A stretch of 63,764 bases of DNA, counting the filler, from Octopus bimaculoides (Eukaryota): the NCBI RefSeq assembly GCF_001194135.2. It is 8 parts of 7 records of this genome, joined end to end, with 100 filler letters (N's around TTAATTAATTAA, not from the genome) between each part and the next. Parts side by side here need not be neighbours in the genome. Positions count along the whole stretch, not along the records: positions 31,202 to 40,736 come from NC_068997.1; positions 40,837 to 51,295 come from NC_068987.1; 6 more parts are not named here. One strand, 5' to 3'. A model generated the notes under the pieces. The model was given only the letters and a program-made list of their open reading frames with translations. It was not told where the DNA came from and did no database searches. The position numbers were made by a program, and so were the translations under genes. Shown here in pieces: positions 36,960-49,480 of the stretch. Each line of letters starts with the position of its first letter. Position 1 is the first letter of the stretch.

Positions 36960-37560
36960 TTGTTAACACTTTCACCCTCCGCAAAAGATTCCAAATTTTA
37001 TTTAATTTGCTTTGCGGGAAGGACTGTTCCAACGAAGTTGCGTATTGTCCTTCCCTTCGAAAACGCGGAGTAGATGGAACAGGGACAACTGACCAAGGGA
37101 TATACTCTTTATGTTGCATGTCTCGTTTCTCTGTTTGTTTTGTTTTTTTTTCGTTGTTCGAAAAAGTTCGTTTTCTGTTTTCGTTTTTATGTTTTCGTTT
37201 CTCATTGTGTTTAACGTTTTTCTTGATGTCCTGTATCCATGTATGCATGTATGCATACATATAGATGTAGGTATGTACATATATGTATGGATATATACAT
37301 ATATTTATATATTATTTATATTATTATATACATGTGTGTGTGTGTGTATGTTGTTGTATTTCGGGACGGTCATTTTTTTTTGCCATATAAACACATGCAC
37401 TATCAATTTGTTCTTCACTCGTTTATCACTGTTTTTTGTTTTTTTTTAAATTTTAACTCATGTCCATTGTCCGGAAATCTTTCGTTACACATCTGTGATC
37501 TCTTCAGCGACATTTTTCATTTTCGTGTGTGCTCTTGCTCTGCTTACTCCATTCTGCGCT
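36960..37560 (+). mobile_element. PLE-type terminal repeat (pLTR)-like sequence containing a hammerhead-like motif
   Basis: Contains cttcgaaaacgc and ggacaactgacca with complementary arms, followed by a T-rich tail. The PLE assignment is inferred. Confidence 0.5.
37039..37100 (+). ncRNA. Hammerhead-ribozyme-like motif in non-circularly permuted order (probably inactive copy)
   Basis: gcgt-a-ttgtcc ... tcccttc-gaaa-acgc ... ggacaa-ctgacca-aggga. Stem III (4 bp) and stem I (6 bp) pair perfectly. The core CUGANGA reads CUGACCA. Confidence 0.5.
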
Positions 37561-37638
37561 TCTAAGATGCGTTTGCGTCCGTGTGTGTGTGTGTGTGTGT
37601 GNNNNNNNNNNNNNNNNNNNNNNNNNNNNNNNNNNNNN

Positions 37639-38050
37639 TCGCTTCGTATGTTGTTTGTATCTGTAAAAATTAACACTTCCTTCTCCAAGCCTAGATTCGA
37701 AACCGAATCTAAAAATTCTCGGTCGCCCAAATCACCACAATCAACAGGCGCGAAAACAGGTTTTCTTTGTCCTGTCAAAAAGTGATTGATCATTTCCCTT
37801 TAACCTTCGACCTAAAGCCATGTCAGCGAAGTTCAAATGGACGGGAGCTGACCTATTTAGGTACAAACTCTGCTGCAGTATGTCTGTCCTTCTAGCTGCC
37901 ACAATTCTTATAAATTCAATGGTCAACAAGACAGAGATAGGAGAAGGCCCTGGCAACCAAACGAGGAAGCTCTACGACACAACAGGTTTTGGCGACAGCA
38001 AAGACCAGAACAATGTTCGAAGTTCCACGGTAGACTACTGTATCAGATGA
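37639..38050 (-). pseudogene. Possible degenerate PLE RT-thumb fragment
   Basis: Minus frame DTVVYR.TSNI ... IYKNCGS*KDRHT resembles the PLE T.VYRK...CS.W..FH region. The middle portion does not fit. Confidence 0.35.
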
Positions 38051-38559
38051 CTACGTACACACACACACGCGCGAACATATATTCAATTGTGACATATCAT
38101 TTCCACAGATGTACCCTGTTTTTATTTCTAGCAACTCGTAGTAGTTGTCAACATTTTGCATGTAGTGAAGAATTATGTGTACCAACGACAAATTAAGTCC
38201 TGTGAATAAATTATATTTAATTATGAATCGATTCACTCATTTGTTTACTTGAACGGCATACACATTCTTTTTGCATCTGTTTACCATGATACACATTTAA
38301 TCACTACATGTCCATGCCCTTTATATAGATTTGTTTATTTATTTATATGTTTCCTCTATCTCTATGTCTTATTTTTATCACATGTATATGACAAATATAT
38401 TTATTTATTTATCAATTTATATATTTATTCATTATTCTTATTTATCTACCTCTATTTCTTATATGTATCACATGTAAGTGCATTGTAAGTCTATTGTGTG
38501 TGTATTACTCTGTATGTATCTGTGTATTATTTACGGTTTTTTCTCTCCTCTTCCCATCT

Positions 38560-39020
38560 GTCTTTAGTCATGTGGTGTGGTGGGGGGTGTTACTGTGCCA
38601 TTTGTGTTTTCTTTTGAGGCTTGGTCTGTCTACTGCTATGTGTGTAGCCTCTGTGATCTGTCTAAGTGTCGTGCCAGTTCTATGGGTTGATAATACTTTA
38701 ACCTCTATGCTATTAATCGAGCGTCCATATTCTGCCTAAGCATGTTGGTAAAGCACTAACGAGATTTTCTCTTCTTTGAGCTCTCGCCAATGTACACCTA
38801 TATACTCTCCTATTCTGCGTGCAGTCTCTCCAATGTAAGTAGTTATATTTCTGCACCGTCCTTCAGTACATCGTAAGCTATACACTACATTCCTAACCTC
38901 ACAGCTAACCCGTGGGTTCATCCTACATACAACACAATTGTACTCCGTACACGGAGACTTATCACAGGGATAGGTACTACAGATCAAGGATTTTATAGGG
39001 GCACCAGACCTCTCTACTAC
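38560..39020 (-). pseudogene. PLE GIY-YIG endonuclease fragment
   Basis: CVVCRMNPRVSCEVRNVVYSLRCTEGRC...TTYIGETARRIGE...VLYQHA. Confidence 0.85.
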
Positions 39021-40301
39021 CTTAATGTTTTTCTAAAGAAGCATACCTTTTTATGATGTGCAAATATTCCGAGGTGTGACTGAATGTAATTCAACTGTAG
39101 GCAAGAAACTGTGTTCCTCGCATGCCCAGGTGGTTTTTACTTTTAATTACTTTTGTTTTATTACCTGAGTGTAATCTGTGTGCATGCAGCATTGATGCGA
39201 CATACACAAATTTGTGTGCATTTTATTTTGTTTGATGAGAAGAGAAGATAAAGTGATAGAGATAAGAGAAGTGCAAAAGGAGACAAAGAAAAATTAAGAG
39301 CGAACAGAAATGATGTGGATTACAAATAAAATAGCTTACTTGTGCTTAGATATAGCAACAAGGATATTCCCAAACCAGTGGCAATCAAAGAAAATTTTTT
39401 GAAAGTACTTTGACTGAAAATATTTTTCGTGAAACCCTTCATTGCACCTAGAATATAGAAAATCATCAAAACAACATTTAAATTGGTTTCTTAATAATTA
39501 AAAAATGATTGAGAAATAAAGAATTAGATAATCAAGCATGAAACTTTAATTTTGACTGTAAAGACAAAGCAAAATGACGAGTAGATTTTAATCAAAATCT
39601 AAAAATAATTTTTTTCAAATGGTATTGATAAAATATATGTGCAATATTCTCGTATTCTCTATGTGGTAATATCAACATGTGTGTTGGTGTGTACGGAGCT
39701 GAGTATACAGTAAACGGGCATATGAGAAATAACACCAGCATCCAAGTATTATATCTTTAGAGCTATTGAAACGTCTTCTTTTTCGTTGCTTGACTGAGTA
39801 ACTTGGATTAACATTGATGGAGACCATCGTCAATCTGTTTAACTTAATATATAACTAAGGTGGCATAATCTTACGAGCATTTGACAAAAAGCATCGCAGT
39901 AATTGTTCTGATTGTTTTGCGCTCTAATTGTCTGCACCATAATTTATATAGTATGTACTGGAGGGTGACTACTCAGCAACAATGGTGTGATCTAGCAGTT
40001 AGCTTCCAACTCAAAAAGATGAAAGACAGGTGGAAACCAGAAGTGTGAGTTTAGTTAGTGATATTCTAGTACCTGGTACGGTCAAATATGTTGTTGAAGA
40101 AGAGGATTGTTAATATCACCTATGAAGTGTTAGAAATGACAGTTGTCAGGATCAGAGATGTTGCTCTTCCCAAGAATGTAGCATGTTCCCAATGATTGGA
40201 ATAGATTGAAGAGTTTGGTGAAGGAAGGGCTAGCGCTGAAGTACAACGTTAGGTGAGTAACGGACGGAGTATTTTCATGACCGGTGGTGTTATTGGTCTG
40301 A

Positions 40302-40736
40302 TGTTATCAAAGATGTTTCCGTTATCTCTGATAAAATATATCCACGATTATATAAAACTATGATAAAACGCATTACATTTATTATTCAATTACATACAAA
40401 GAACGCACTCACCCAATGTTCGTTATGAATAAGCAAAAGTCATGTCCGCCATATATATATCAATGGCATTTTACTACGACAGTCACACAAGACAACAACA
40501 ATGAAACAATGAACTCAGACGAACCACCGTGACACACGGAACGTCAAACGAATGACATATCCAACAGTCCATATAACACCTCCCCACTGAAATTGATGCT
40601 ACACAAGAAGTATCAACAGCCAAGTCTCTCTTGGGTTTTACGGGTTCTCTTGGATCGTCTTGGGTTGTCTGGTCCATACTCTGGAACGGGTAACATGGTC
40701 TTTGGTCTGGTTTGTCTTTGAGTTAGTGACACAGTT
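40302..40736 (-). mobile_element. Gypsy 3' end: integrase tail, PPT and 277-bp LTR (40302-40578)
   Basis: Minus strand RRSKRTRKTQERLGC*, then PPT agtgggggagg directly before TGTTAT...ATAACA. The LTR contains a tatatata box and aataaa. Confidence 0.8.
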
Positions 40737-41273
40737 NNNNNNNNNNNNNNNNNNNNNNNNNNNNNNNNNNNNNNNNNNNNTTAATTAATTAANNNNNNNN
40801 NNNNNNNNNNNNNNNNNNNNNNNNNNNNNNNNNNNNCTTACAGTACGTACCTCTCGGTTGTTATTCTTGGGTGGAATAATACCGGTGTTATTTAATCTGT
40901 TTGTAATTTTTTTGTACATGGTGTTTTGGGGTTCGAAGATGGTCTGATTTTGATGTAACACGTGTGTTTACGATCGCTGTGCGGGTAGTGGAGGTATCAA
41001 GTTAAAATACATCATTATTTTTGGAAAAATAGAAATAAATTTCAATGAGTATTACTTACTCGGGTATAGTCCAACCCTTTGTCAGCTATTTTTTGGCTCC
41101 ATGCGATGTCTTTATTTCCGATGTTTTTGGATAAGTTTCGGAGCAGTGATTTATCGTACTCACATATTATTATTATTGAAGACGTCGCACAGTATCCAAT
41201 ATTGCGATGTTGTAGATTGAACATCTTGTGTGTACCGGGGACTTGTTCTGTCTGTCAAATCAATAATAATAAT

Positions 41274-41862
41274 CGTGAATAAAAAAGATGACATGACAGT
41301 GTGGCTCCACTGGGAGGTTTGTGGAAATTATGGCCTAGAAAGATCAAATACGTGATATGACCAAATCCCAGGAGTTACTGGAAATGATGATCACAAAATC
41401 CCGTGGGATGCAGTGACTCAGTGTAACCATCAGATCAGAGATCGGAAACTTGATATTGTTGTGGTGAACAAAAAGAAAACAACTAGTATGATAATCGACA
41501 TAGCATGTCCCGGGGAAAACCGGATCAAAGGGAAAGAAGAAAAAGCGAACAATTATAACGAACTGAAGTGGGGGAAATACGTAGGTTCTGGTCAATGAAG
41601 AGAGTGGATGTAATACCAGCAGTAATTGACGGGCTAGAAAGTATCAGCACTCAACTACCAACGAGCCTCAAAAAGATTGGTGCAAATGTAAAGATAGAAC
41701 ATCTACAGAGATTAGAATTGCTTGAAACTGCAAGAGTTCTTCGCAGGGTTGTTGAAGCATGATCAGTAAACGAGTGCTTCCTTAGTCTGCTAGCTGTGGG
41801 CAGTTGACACTTTCCATTATCTCCAACAAAATAAACTGAAGGTTTTCATTAAAAAATAAATA

Positions 41863-41932
<70 letters not shown>
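41274..41932 (+). mobile_element. 5'-truncated R4/Dong-like RLE LINE with (TAA)n tail
   Basis: RHDSVA..HWEVCG...KIPWD...DH.IRDRKLDIVVV.KK...IIDIACPG, ...LLETARVLRRVVEA*, then a short 3' UTR and (AAT)n 41864-41932. An (AAT)4 lies at the 5' junction (41262-41273). Confidence 0.85.
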
Positions 41933-43078
41933 GTCAAGACGAAGAGTGCGATTTTAGATGTTTTATTTTTTGAACAACATTTCGANNNNNNNNNNNNNNN
42001 NNNNNNNNNNNNNNNNNNNNNNNNNNNNNNNNNNNNNNNNNNNNNNNNNNNNNNNNNNNNNNNNNNNNNNNNNNNNNNNNNNNNNNNNNNNNNNNNNNNN
42101 NNNNNNNNNNNNNNNNNNNNNNNNNNNNNNNNNNNNNNNNNNNNNNNNNNNNNNNNNNNNNNNNNNNNNNNNNNNNNNNNNNNNNNNNNNNNNNNNNNNN
42201 NNNNNNNNNNNNNNNNNNNNNNNNNNNNNNNNNNNNNNNNNNNNNNNNNNNNNNNNNNNNNNNNNNNNNNNNNNNNNNNNNNNNNNNNNNNNNNNNNNNN
42301 NNNNNNNNNNNNNNNNNNNNNNNNNNNNNNNNNNNNNNNNNNNNNNNNNNNNNNNNNNNNNNNNNNNNNNNNNNNNNNNNNNNNNNNNNNNNNNNNNNNN
42401 NNNNNNNNNNNNNNNNNNNNNNNNNNNNNNNNNNNNNNNNNNNNNNNNNNNNNNNNNNNNNNNNNNNNNNNNNNNNNNNNNNNNNNNNNNNNNNNNNNNN
42501 NNNNNNNNNNNNNNNNNNNNNNNNNNNNNNNNNNNNNNNNNNNNNNNNNNNNNNNNNNNNNNNNNNNNNNNNNNNNNNNNNNNNNNNNNNNNNNNNNNNN
42601 NNNNNNNNNNNNNNNNNNNNNNNNNNNNNNNNNNNNNNNNNNNNNNNNNNNNNNNNNNNNNNNNNNNNNNNNNNNNNNNNNNNNNNNNNNNNNNNNNNNN
42701 NNNNNNNNNNNNNNNNNNNNNNNNNNNNNNNNNNNNNNNNNNNNNNNNNNNNNNNNNNNNNNNNNNNNNNNNNNNNNNNNNNNNNNNNNNNNNNNNNNNN
42801 NNNNNNNNNNNNNNNNNNNNNNNNNNNNNNNNNNNNNNNNNNNNNNNNNNNNNNTTAACATAATGACATACAAAAGCATTTGCATGTTTCCAGTAATCCC
42901 CTATGTCAGTGCAAATCCGTTTTATCCTCAAAAATTGGGATTTCGGATTTGACCGAATAAGATGATGTGGATGATCGGAGCGGCGGTGGAGATATATGTG
43001 GGATGACGTTGGCTTGCAAAATAACTCTGTCATTATTCTGCCTCCAGAAAACTTGACTTTCGTGTCCAAAAATTCAAC
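41933..43078 (-). pseudogene. PLE fragment (RT thumb), mostly in a gap
   Basis: LNFLDTKVKFSGGRIMTELFCKPTSSHIYLHRRSDHPHHLIRSNPKSQFLRIKRICT. Confidence 0.9.
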
Positions 43079-43104
43079 GCTAATAATAATAATAATAATA
43101 ATAA

Positions 43105-43135
<31 letters not shown>

Positions 43136-43460
43136 AAGAAGAAGAAGAAGAAGAAGAAGAAGAAGAAGAAAACAACAACAACAACAATATTTTCTTTATT
43201 AGCCACAAGGGTCGAATACAATACAAAAAGAGACAATAAAAAACAATGGACAAATGAGCACAAAAATACGTGCATACAATAAAAACAATAACAACAAAAT
43301 TTCATAAAATTCCCCAAAAGGCAGGAGTTCCACCTATGGCCAACTAAGGAACCCTACACATCCTGGTCACCTCATCTAGGCTGTGTGGGCACGTTAGGCA
43401 GGTAACTCTCTCCTCCTCACAAGCATATAATCAGATTAGGCCCATTCATACGGGCCGTCC
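43079..43460 (-). mobile_element. 3' end of a Tx1/L1-type LINE with compound (TTG)n(TTC)n(TTA)n tail
   Basis: T-rich 3' UTR ending gacccttgtggctaataaagaaaata, similar to the termini of elements A and B. Confidence 0.55.
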
Positions 43461-43969
43461 TCGCCACATTTATCCACCTTTCAAGGACTCGTTAAAAAAA
43501 TATTGTTATAATACATCCAACTTTAAATGAGAATATATACTACCTTTTGGTATTAATACTACTTCTGTTGCAAATAATTATTTTTTAATAAGCCCACTGG
43601 CTATTCGCAACACCAGTCCCTTGTAGAGATATTGCTACTATCTCCAGCCTATGAGCTTTTATTATTGACAAGGCTAAGGAAGGCCGGAATCACGTGATCT
43701 GGTAGTCTCGGTGGTGGCAATGTCGAGTGGTTTATTCCCTCGTTAGCGATGTAAACAAGAGTGTTTATATGCACCGAAAGCCAATATGAGAGTTTCGGCT
43801 CATGCTTACTATCGCAGTATTCTTTGTTGCAGCACAACTTCCACTTTTAAGTAGGAATAAATATTACCTTTTGATATTAATACTGCCAGCCTCTGCCTTA
43901 ATTAATTTTATAAAATCATATTTTGCGTTCTATTTTCTTGTTTGTATCATCAAGCATGTGTGTGTGTGC

Positions 43970-44038
<69 letters not shown>

Positions 44039-45139
44039 NNNNNNNNNNNNNNNNNNNNNNNNNNNNNNNNNNNNNNNNNNNNNNNNNNNNNNNNNNNNNN
44101 NNNNNNNNNNNNNNNNNNNNNNNNNNNNNNNNNNNNNNNNNNNNNNNNNNNNNNNNNNNNNNNNNNNNNNNNNNNNNNNNNNNNNNNNNNNNNNNNNNNN
44201 NNNNNNNNNNNNNNNNNNNNNNNNNNNNNNNNNNNNNNNNNNNNNNNNNNNNNNNNNNNNNNNNNNNNNNNNNNNNNNNNNNNNNNNNNNNNNNNNNNNN
44301 NNNNNNNNNNNNNNNNNNNNNNNNNNNNNNNNNNNNNNNNNNNNNNNNNNNNNNNNNNNNNNNNNNNNNNNNNNNNNNNNNNNNNNNNNNNNNNNNNNNN
44401 NNNNNNNNNNNNNNNNNNNNNNNNNNNNNNNNNNNNNNNNNNNNNNNNNNNNNNNNNNNNNNNNNNNNNNNNNNNNNNNNNNNNNNNNNNNNNNNNNNNN
44501 NNNNNNNNNNNNNNNNNNNNNNNNNNNNNNNNNNNNNNNNNNNNNNNNNNNNNNNNNNNNNNNNNNNNNNNNNNNNNNNNNNNNNNNNNNNNNNNNNNNN
44601 NNNNNNNNNNNNNNNNNNNNNNNNNNNNNNNNNNNNNNNACCCTTCCCTCAAAAACCAGGCCTTGTGCCTATAATAGAAAGGTTTATTAGCTACTGCCAA
44701 TATGCTTCAGCCATTTTTTGACAAAGAAATAGTAATTTTATCACCGCCAGAATCGTTTGAGAATCGTTTGTTTACGTAGTCAGCACTTACTGTATTCGGC
44801 TGAATGGACGTCAGCCATTGGTTGAAATTACAGAAATACGACAACTTTAACATGAAATAAGTTGCAATATAATAATTTTTCTTAAGAAGACTAAGAGAAA
44901 AAGATGTTTTATATGACACATTCTACCAGTGTCCCAAGTTTCAAAGTGCTTCGTTAAGAAAATACTGGCGCCCCCGTTTTGAACTAGATCCACGATACAT
45001 CCAGTAGAGGCGAAGATAATTTTATTAACTCAACAAATTTTTAGTATGGTATTTGACATACCGGTATTTGTCTGAGTTATTCAAACACATGTTACTAGCC
45101 ATTTCTAGTTATTTCCCTTGGCTCATTTTTGGTCGTGTG

Positions 45140-45287
45140 GTAAGCAGTTTCATTTCCAATCACTTGGTTCTGGTTTTAGTTCCATTGCGTGAAACCTTGT
45201 GTCTTCTACCCTAGTCCTGGGTCGATTAAAGCCGCGAGTGGATTTGGTGACTGAGAGAAGCTCATGGTGCATACACACACACATACA

Positions 45288-45332
<45 letters not shown>

Positions 45333-45424
45333 ACACATATATATCTTGAGCAAGACACTTTATTTCACGTTGCTCCAGTCCATTCGGCTGGCAAAAACGA
45401 GTAGTACCTGTATTTCAAAGGGCC
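45140..45424. mobile_element. SINE fragments (minus-strand third-family piece, then plus-strand CORE-like piece)
   Basis: cttgagcaagacactttatttcacgttgctccagtcc...gagtagtacctg matches 25395-25460. Confidence 0.65.
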
Positions 45425-46275
45425 AGTATACATCCACAAGAGCTCAACCCCACCCCCCACCCGCTGAAATTAGAAACCTGGTTCCAGGTATTAGTCAACG
45501 ACTATCTAATCTCTCGGCCAATAGAGAGATCTTTAATAAGACCGCCCCCCCACTACAACAATACGGTTTTACTGAGAATGTGGACAATCCCCAAGCACCC
45601 TCTCCTGGCCCCAAAATCATATGGTATAACCCTCTTTTCAATCTAGAAGTTTCCATCAACGTAGCTCGGAGCTTCCTGTCATTAAGAAACACTTCCCCAT
45701 GGGCTATAAGTATTACTCTTCAAACCCCATAATGTCAAGGTGAACTACTCCTGCTTAGACAACATCGCATCTAACATCCCACCCATCAACAGACGTAAAA
45801 ATGCCCCTACACCATCCCTAACTCCAACCTGCAACTTCCTAAACCCCATCATGTACCCTCTAGAAGGATCTTGTCTCTCAAGGGCCGTAGTATATAGAGC
45901 CATCCTCACACCATCCGATGGCATTACTAGGCACTATACGGGTATGACAGCTAATGACTTCAAGAGAAGATACTTCCAGCATATGCACTCATTTATATCC
46001 AGAACTCTACTTCCCTGTTTCGACTTCTCTGGTGACTCCGTGATCTCCGAGATGAAATACCCAGCATCAAGTGGACTATTGTCGACAGGGCGCCACCATA
46101 TTCACCTAGCACCTCCAACTGCCAGCCTTGTCTCCGCAAAAAACTGCATATCCGCGAACAACCCGCAATATCCATGTGCAAGAAATATATACTTGCACAT
46201 GCTGCCCCTTACCACTTCCCTCCCCCAACAACCTGACCGACTTCTAGTCGATTTCCTGTTTTCCTTGTGGTCAAC
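45425..46275 (+). pseudogene. PLE 3' part (Neptune/Naiad-like thumb, Cys linker, GIY-YIG)
   Basis: RNLVPGISQRLSNLSANREIF, IIWYNPLFNLEVSINVARSFL, PLEGSCLSRAVVYRA...HYTGMTANDFKRRY.QH, DRAPPYSPSTSNCQ.CL. Confidence 0.85.
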
Positions 46276-47008
46276 TAACTGTTGACATGTATATATATGT
46301 ATGTATATATANNNNNNNNNNNNNNNNNNNNNNNNNNNNNNNNNNNNNNNNNNNNNNNNNNNNNNNNNNNNNNNNNNNNNNNNNNNNNNNNNNNNNNNNN
46401 NNNNNNNNNNNNNNNNNNNNNNNNNNNNNNNNNNNNNNNNNNNNNNNNNNNNNNNNNNNNNNNNNNNNNNNNNNNNNNNNNNNNNNNNNNNNNNNNNNNN
46501 NNNNNNNNNNNNNNNNNNNNNNNNNNNNNNNNNNNNNNNNNNNNNNNNNNNNNNNNNNNNNNNNNNNNNNNNNNNNNNNNNNNNNNNNNNNNNNNNNNNN
46601 NNNNNNNNNNNNNNNNNNNNNNNNNNNNNNNNNNNNNNNNNNNNNNNNNNNNNNNNNNNNNNNNNNNNNNNNNNNNNNNNNNNNNNNNNNNNNNNNNNNN
46701 NNNNNNNNNNNNNNNNNNNNNNNNNNNNNNNNNNNNNNNNNNNNNNNNNNNNNNNNNNNNNNNNNNNNNNNNNNNNNNNNNNNNNNNNNNNNNNNNNNNN
46801 NNNNNNNNNNNNNNNNNNNNNNNNNNNNNNNNNNNNNNNNNNNNNNNNNNNNNNNNNNNNNNNNNNNNNNNNNNNNNNNNNNNNNNNNNNNNNNNNNNNN
46901 NNNNNNNNNNNNNNNNNNNNNNNNNNNNNNNNNNNNNNNNNNNNNNNNNNNNNNNNNNNNNNNNNNNNNNNNNNNNNNNNNNNNNNNNNNNNNNNNNNNN
47001 NNNNNNNN

Positions 47009-47057
<49 letters not shown>

Positions 47058-47229
47058 TAGATATATATACTTCGTATTTGTATTTGGTTTGCAAGATTTT
47101 TGATGTGAATTCGTGTTTTGAAAGAAATACTATTGAACCTTGGGAGGAGCATTATACTGGTATACATTTATATGCATATATATATATATATATATATAAC
47201 TACATATATATATAACTGCGTAAACACAT

Positions 47230-47272
47230 ACGTACATAGATAGCTATCTAGCTAGATAGATAGATAGATACA

Positions 47273-47306
<34 letters not shown>

Positions 47307-47390
47307 CATGCATACATACATATAGACACATGCATACATACATATATACATACATGCATACATACATACATACATACATACATACATACA

Positions 47391-47424
<34 letters not shown>

Positions 47425-47430
47425 CATACA
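47230..47430. repeat. (TAGA)n/(TACA)n microsatellite
   Basis: Direct reading. Confidence 0.95.
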
Positions 47431-48918
47431 TATGGATACAGCGCACTACCATGCCTACCATGCAATTTATGTATGTATATAATAGGCAACTACGAGTGTC
47501 TTCAGTACACATTATATAATATAGTAAATACTTATTCCAATAAACAGTTTTAAGAGTTAAATGATATATTGCGTTTTTCCTTTTAAATTTTACTATAATG
47601 TCTAATGTTGTTGCTGTGGTCTTCGATCAACAATTAAGGCCTAAACACAACCACGTAGACAAGCTTATTTCATTGGCTGCTGATATATTGACTTTTTTCC
47701 CTTTTTCTTTCTTCTTGTTTCTGCACATACACGCACGTACACTTGCACACACACACACAACCACACATACACACACACATCTTCCACTGCTAGTACATTA
47801 AATTTCTAGTGATTGTAACAGTTGACAAACGAATCAACGCCGGACCAGCCTTGAAGTAATTGCTCAACCTGATACTAATAAATAGACTTAACGACGCACA
47901 CACTGTATATTGTATCCTAGATACACTATACCATTAAGAAATGTTGGGATGGTCTAGGCTGGAACTGTTTTGATCATATCTGCTCAGTTCCAACTCACTT
48001 ATAGGTAAACAACAACAGTACTAAAATTTAGAACTTAGATTTAGGACTTCTGCTTCGATTCCTTCTTCCTTTCAATATATAAACAACGCGTCGATGGGTT
48101 AACTCCAGAACACTGAATCAGCCTAAATACAGTAAATGCACTCACACACAGACACACAAACACACAATTGCTTGTGTCCAGGCCTAGCTATTAAAATAAA
48201 GTAAAAACATAAACATTTTTTTTTTAAACTTCATTATACAAATTTAAGCTGAGTTTAAAACTGTTAAAACTTGCGATTACTTCAGAATACTTTTTTTTAA
48301 CTAATTCTACACACAAAACTATAAATGAATATATTTTGATTAGAGAAAAGAAAAAGGTAGTGAAGCTATGTTTGCAAATAAAGTGGAACCGTTACCCCAA
48401 AAGAGTTGGAGAAGTAATGTCCGAAGACCAAGTTATATTAATACATGTGAAGGTAAAACACAATGGACTTTACCGTTGAGTGAAAGACTAAAGTAAGTTC
48501 ACTTGTTCTTTGTTTATACCTGTTGTTGTTGTTGTTATTTAGAGTCAACTGAACTGTGAATGGACAGACCTAGTGCAAAAGACGTCCCGACCATGACCGT
48601 TTCATCTCTATCTAGACTAGTGTATCTACGACTATTATTGTATCATTCATTCCAACAATAGGAAGTTAAAAAGAAATAATGCTGCTATTTCTAGCAAGTT
48701 GAGTCACCACGAAGAGAATTGCCTCGCTATTAATGTTGCTATTATTATTGTTTAGCCTTCGCCCAGCTCAAATGAGCTGACCTAATACCAATGATATTTC
48801 TGCCGTAACCTTCTCTGGAGCTAGAACCCACGACCACATAACCCAGTGTGTTCTTTTCGAAGAAAGATATTTGGCTACCTTGTGTAAGTGTGCATGCGTG
48901 ACTAGGAGCAAGGGACTC

Positions 48919-49003
<85 letters not shown>

Positions 49004-49480
49004 GTGCAGCAGTTGATGTATGTTTTTTCACGTGGTGTGCGCACATGTATGTGTGCCTGTGACCAAAGAGTGTGCATATGTGTGGTGTTTGTATGTGAGC
49101 GAAAGTTATCTTTGTCTATGTATTTTGCATGTATTAATGCATGTTGCGTGTGTATGTATATATTGTATTTGTTCAGATATTATGTGCTTATGTAGGTGTG
49201 GGGGTATATATTGCCTCTGTTCAGATATTATGTTCTTGTGTGGGTGTGGGCGTGTGCAAGGTGGTGTGTAGTGTGTGTATTGAGTTAAACAGTGTGTGGC
49301 TGCTCATATAGTGGTATGTGTGGTAACGCTATTGAAGATGGTGTGCAGGTGTGTGGCTGATGATGTGTAGGTGTGTGGATGATGGTGTGTGGTGTGGAGC
49401 TGAGAAGTGGTTAGTGCTAGTGTGTATGGAGTTGTGTGGGGCAGGTGTCAAATGAGGAGAGGAGGTGAGGTTGGTGTCAG

